NCBI RefSeq assembly: GCF_000711695.1
Contig: NW_013547012.1
Location: 124,001-188,000, forward strand
Source: Tilletiaria anomala UBC 951
Lineage: Eukaryota
Length of the DNA: 64,000 bases
Reading direction: 5' to 3'
Below, one piece after another: positions 63,010 through 64,000 of the stretch. The position numbers and the translations under genes were made by a program. The notes under the pieces were generated by a model. The model saw only the letters and a list, made by a program, of their open reading frames with translations. It had not been told where the DNA came from and did no database searches. Each line of letters begins with the position of its first letter. Position 1 is the first letter of the stretch.

Positions 63010-64000
63010 TTTGAACTGTGTTGTGTTGTGTTTGGCTGTGCTGTGCTGCGCTGCGCTAAGCGAGGGGCTTAGGTGCTTGAGCTTGCGTGTGGACTTTGCT
63101 GCTGCGGATAGCGAGCACCAAGGCGACGAATGCGTGGATTCACGTCAGCGCGAGTGTTTTGTAGAGCTTGCGAATGGGACGTGCGTGATGGCTGCAGGCT
63201 GCGACGGTTGTGGTGGAGAAGGAGGGATGCAAAGCGTATCGTATCGTACACCCTCGTGTACGTGTGATGTGATAGGAGACGACTTGGACTGCGCGGCGTC
63301 GAGTAACGAGCGAGCGTGGATTCCCCGGGAGATATGACGTTGCAGACACCTTCACCCTTCGACAGGTTGGGGCGTGCGCTGCAGTCAGCCAAAATGCCAT
63401 CATCCGGGGAACTCTTGTGCAAGAACCTATTCTTTCTGCATTTAGGCCACAATACGTACATATACTTGACGGGGCACAGTGCAGAACGCCTCTTTGACCC
63501 TCTTTTCATGCGGCCGGTGGCTCATTCATACGGCAGCAGCCAGAAAGGTACTGGCTGCCGCGGCCTCTCCCCATGTTCGATGCGCGCTGCGTCTACATGA
63601 CCTCCATTGAACGTTGATGCAACAATAGCCCTTTCGAGCATTGCAGAGCGGCAGAGACACGGCAGCTGGTCAGTCTTCCCCCTGCTGCTTGTGGCGTGCA
63701 CGTGACGTCAGCTATCTACCAAAAAACTGTTGTTGTGATTGCAATCCCTGTGCTTGGGTTGAGGCATCACGTGATTGTACTCTCTTGGCTTGGCTCTGTG
63801 GTGTGCGGAACTAAACCAACACTGACAAAAAAAATTGCTTGCTCTCGCCTCATTTCCCCTCCCGGGCTCCTCCGTCTAGCGGCAGTGGGCGGAGGTTGCA
63901 GGCACTAGGCCGCAGCAGCTGTCTCGCACACCACCCTCCACTCGAGAGCGCGCGGGCTCTCTGTCACTCTCAACTGACTCGCCACGCCACGCCAACCAAA

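Noticed and set aside
1..64000. Stop-codon readthrough to a cryptic PTS1 (TGA CTA type), CRISPR arrays, tRNA/rRNA genes, biosynthetic gene cluster
   Set aside because: None of the stops I checked has TGA-CTA followed by a PTS1. No spaced direct repeats or RNA-gene signatures were recognised, and the genes are functionally unrelated with no backbone synthase.

Overview
Gene-dense eukaryotic DNA from a basidiomycete fungus, most likely Ustilaginomycotina. The basis is high GC, short GT-AG introns with CTGAC/CTAAC branch points, a Tsp2-type tetraspanin, a GH42 beta-galactosidase and a Pot1 with a long N-terminal extension; the species cannot be named from the sequence. I reconstruct about 20 intron-containing genes. 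In order they are: a DOMON-cytochrome b561 reductase with a decayed tandem paralog, Pol delta subunit 4, a His-rich Zrg17-like CDF transporter, an SDR with a PTS2 signal, a tetraspanin, BRF1, a PhnZ/TmpB-like HD oxygenase, POP5, NAS2, an alpha-arrestin-like protein, MSH5, two uncharacterised membrane proteins, TRP4, a Zn2Cys6 factor, a chitin synthase, a secreted GH42, POT1, a nitronate monooxygenase and a multi-pass membrane protein. The main pattern the ORF track does not show is that most of the larger intergenic spacers carry heavily decayed fragments resembling Ty3/Gypsy pol (RT, RNase H, integrase) on both strands. No rRNA, tRNA or CRISPR array was recognised. I found no clearly novel multi-gene system. 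The best leads are the stand-alone PhnZ-like oxygenase, the secreted bacterial-type GH42 that has lost its zinc-site cysteines, and the retroelement relics. All motif matches and exon boundaries were made by eye and are approximate.
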